DNA from: a virus
Virus record (IMG/VR): IMGVR_UViG_3300036853_000250
Coordinates: 1 to 58,267 of that record
Reading direction: 5' to 3' (one strand)
DNA: 58,267 nt
Part shown: piece after piece, positions 57,633 through 58,267 of the stretch
How positions within the stretch are numbered: position 1 is the stretch's first letter
Layout of the letters: each line of letters begins with the position of its first letter
Made by a program: the position numbers and the translations under genes
The notes under the pieces: generated by a model
What the model was told of the DNA's origin: nothing
Seen by the model: only the letters and a program-made list of their open reading frames with translations
The model's database searches: none

Positions 57633-58166
57633 CTACCACTTGGGCTCGCTGAGGTCGCGCATGTACTTGGGCTCGGTGCGCACGCGCCGAGCGACCTGGG
57701 GTTCGCCCGGAAGGGGGGGCGTTCCACCGTCGCTGCGCACGAGTCCAACATGCTCGATGAGAGGCGTGGCGCGAACCGGCGCAGTCTTCGCCGCTTGCTT
57801 GCGGCGCTTCTTCTTGTCGTAGCGCCGCAGGCTCGCGAGCTTCTGCGACTTCGGAACTGGCGCGAGCCGATACTCGCCGGGCGCCATCACGCCAGCACGA
57901 TCGAACGAGACGATCTCCGTGCGCGCGTCTGCGGGGAGCGCATACCGGACCATGCGATCCGGGTACTCGAGGAAGGCCATCGAGCGAAAGAAGTACGCGG
58001 CGACCACGCCGGGCTCGTGTTGAGCCGCTCGCGCGAACGCGCAGCACTTGCTGTTCTTGGCCTTGGCCTTCTTGATGTCGTCGACGGCGACACCGATCAT
58101 GATCGGGGACGTGGCGTCGATGATAGGGATGTTCTTTGCCTTGGCGATGTCGTGTACGTAGCTCAT
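57633..58166 (-). CDS. hypothetical basic protein (177 aa); start codon lies inside the terminal repeat
   Basis: ORF track; AGAGGAA lies upstream of the ATG at 58166 (= position 20). Confidence 0.55.
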   Translation of the reverse strand: MSYVHDIAKAKNIPIIDATSPIMIGVAVDDIKKAKAKNSKCCAFARAAQHEPGVVAAYFFRSMAFLEYPDRMVRYALPADARTEIVSFDRAGVMAPGEYRLAPVPKSQKLASLRRYDKKKRRKQAAKTAPVRATPLIEHVGLVRSDGGTPPLPGEPQVARRVRTEPKYMRDLSEPKW

Positions 58167-58267
58167 GTGTTCCTCTGCTTTCTAAAATTCTTCGTGCTGT
58201 TGTGGTCGTACTCCTCGGTCGACACCAGCTTGATGTTGCGCCGCGTGACCGGCGGCAGGTCGAGCCG
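58147..58267. repeat. Terminal direct repeat, right copy (identical to 1..121)
   Basis: 121/121 nt identity read directly. Confidence 0.95.

Larger units (their letters stand above)
1..58267. mobile_element. Complete temperate phage genome (58146-bp unit plus 121-bp terminal redundancy)
   Basis: Identical 121-nt ends. ORF translations show terminase, portal, capsid, nozzle, endolysin, integrase/excisionase and a CI/Cro-like pair. A partial tRNA-Phe abuts the integrase gene. Confidence 0.9.

Noticed and set aside
1-58267. CRISPR arrays, reverse transcriptase/DGR next to the fibre genes, transposases, rRNA, classical toxin-antitoxin pairs, DNA methyltransferases
   Set aside because: I looked for spaced direct repeats, YxDD-type RT motifs, DDE/HUH motifs and SAM-binding motifs in the ORF translations and intergenic regions, and saw none. 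Absence by eye is not proof.

Overview
The window is a complete, closed genome of a temperate, GC-rich tailed phage. The first 121 nt (1..121) are identical to the last 121 nt (58147..58267), giving a unit length of 58146 bp.

Map:
- Immunity switch (3412..4323): a CI-like repressor gene sits between two pairs of 17-bp operators, divergent from a Cro-like XRE gene. Both early promoters appear to produce leaderless mRNAs.
- Leftward early operon (about 11.8 kb, minus strand): it starts at 3414, runs through about 13 small unknown ORFs to 17, wraps across the window junction to 58166, and continues through an SSB-like protein, RecT, a Cas4/RecB-like exonuclease, a half-size beta-clamp-like protein, more small ORFs, xis and int. 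It ends at an attP built on the 3-prime part of tRNA-Phe (49752..49798).
- Rightward early operon (4060..12766): about 20 small ORFs, an SF2 helicase, a VRR-NUC nuclease and a DnaB_N plus D5/P4-type SF3 helicase. It is followed by an iteron-rich A/T-rich gap (12767..13014), a candidate origin.
- Late region (13015..47359): a sigma-70 region-4-like protein, small ORFs including GNAT-like and P-loop proteins, TerL, portal, scaffold and major capsid protein. The tail is podovirus-like, with a pectate-lyase-like tailspike, a fibre, a T7 gp12-like nozzle, a coiled-coil protein with an S74 chaperone domain, and two large internal/ejection proteins. An SGNH-esterase/PKD spike, a second beta-helix protein and a lysis cassette with an amidase endolysin complete it.
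- Accessory island (47377..49632): six unknown genes between the endolysin and attP.

Most interesting observations:
- A 1422-aa ejection-type virion protein carries three tandem ParB/sulfiredoxin-like modules in a patch of atypical codon usage.
- The island between the endolysin and attP contains an RHH plus HExxH operon under a palindromic control region.
- A Cys-rich lipoprotein gene is encoded antisense inside the tail operon.
- The immunity region is fully readable from the sequence.

Limits: all functional calls rest on motif recognition by eye, with no database search. Many start codons were chosen from the pervasive ATGA/GTGA translational-coupling pattern and may be off by a few codons. 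The host is unknown. No rRNA gene, intact tRNA gene, CRISPR array, transposase or reverse transcriptase was seen.
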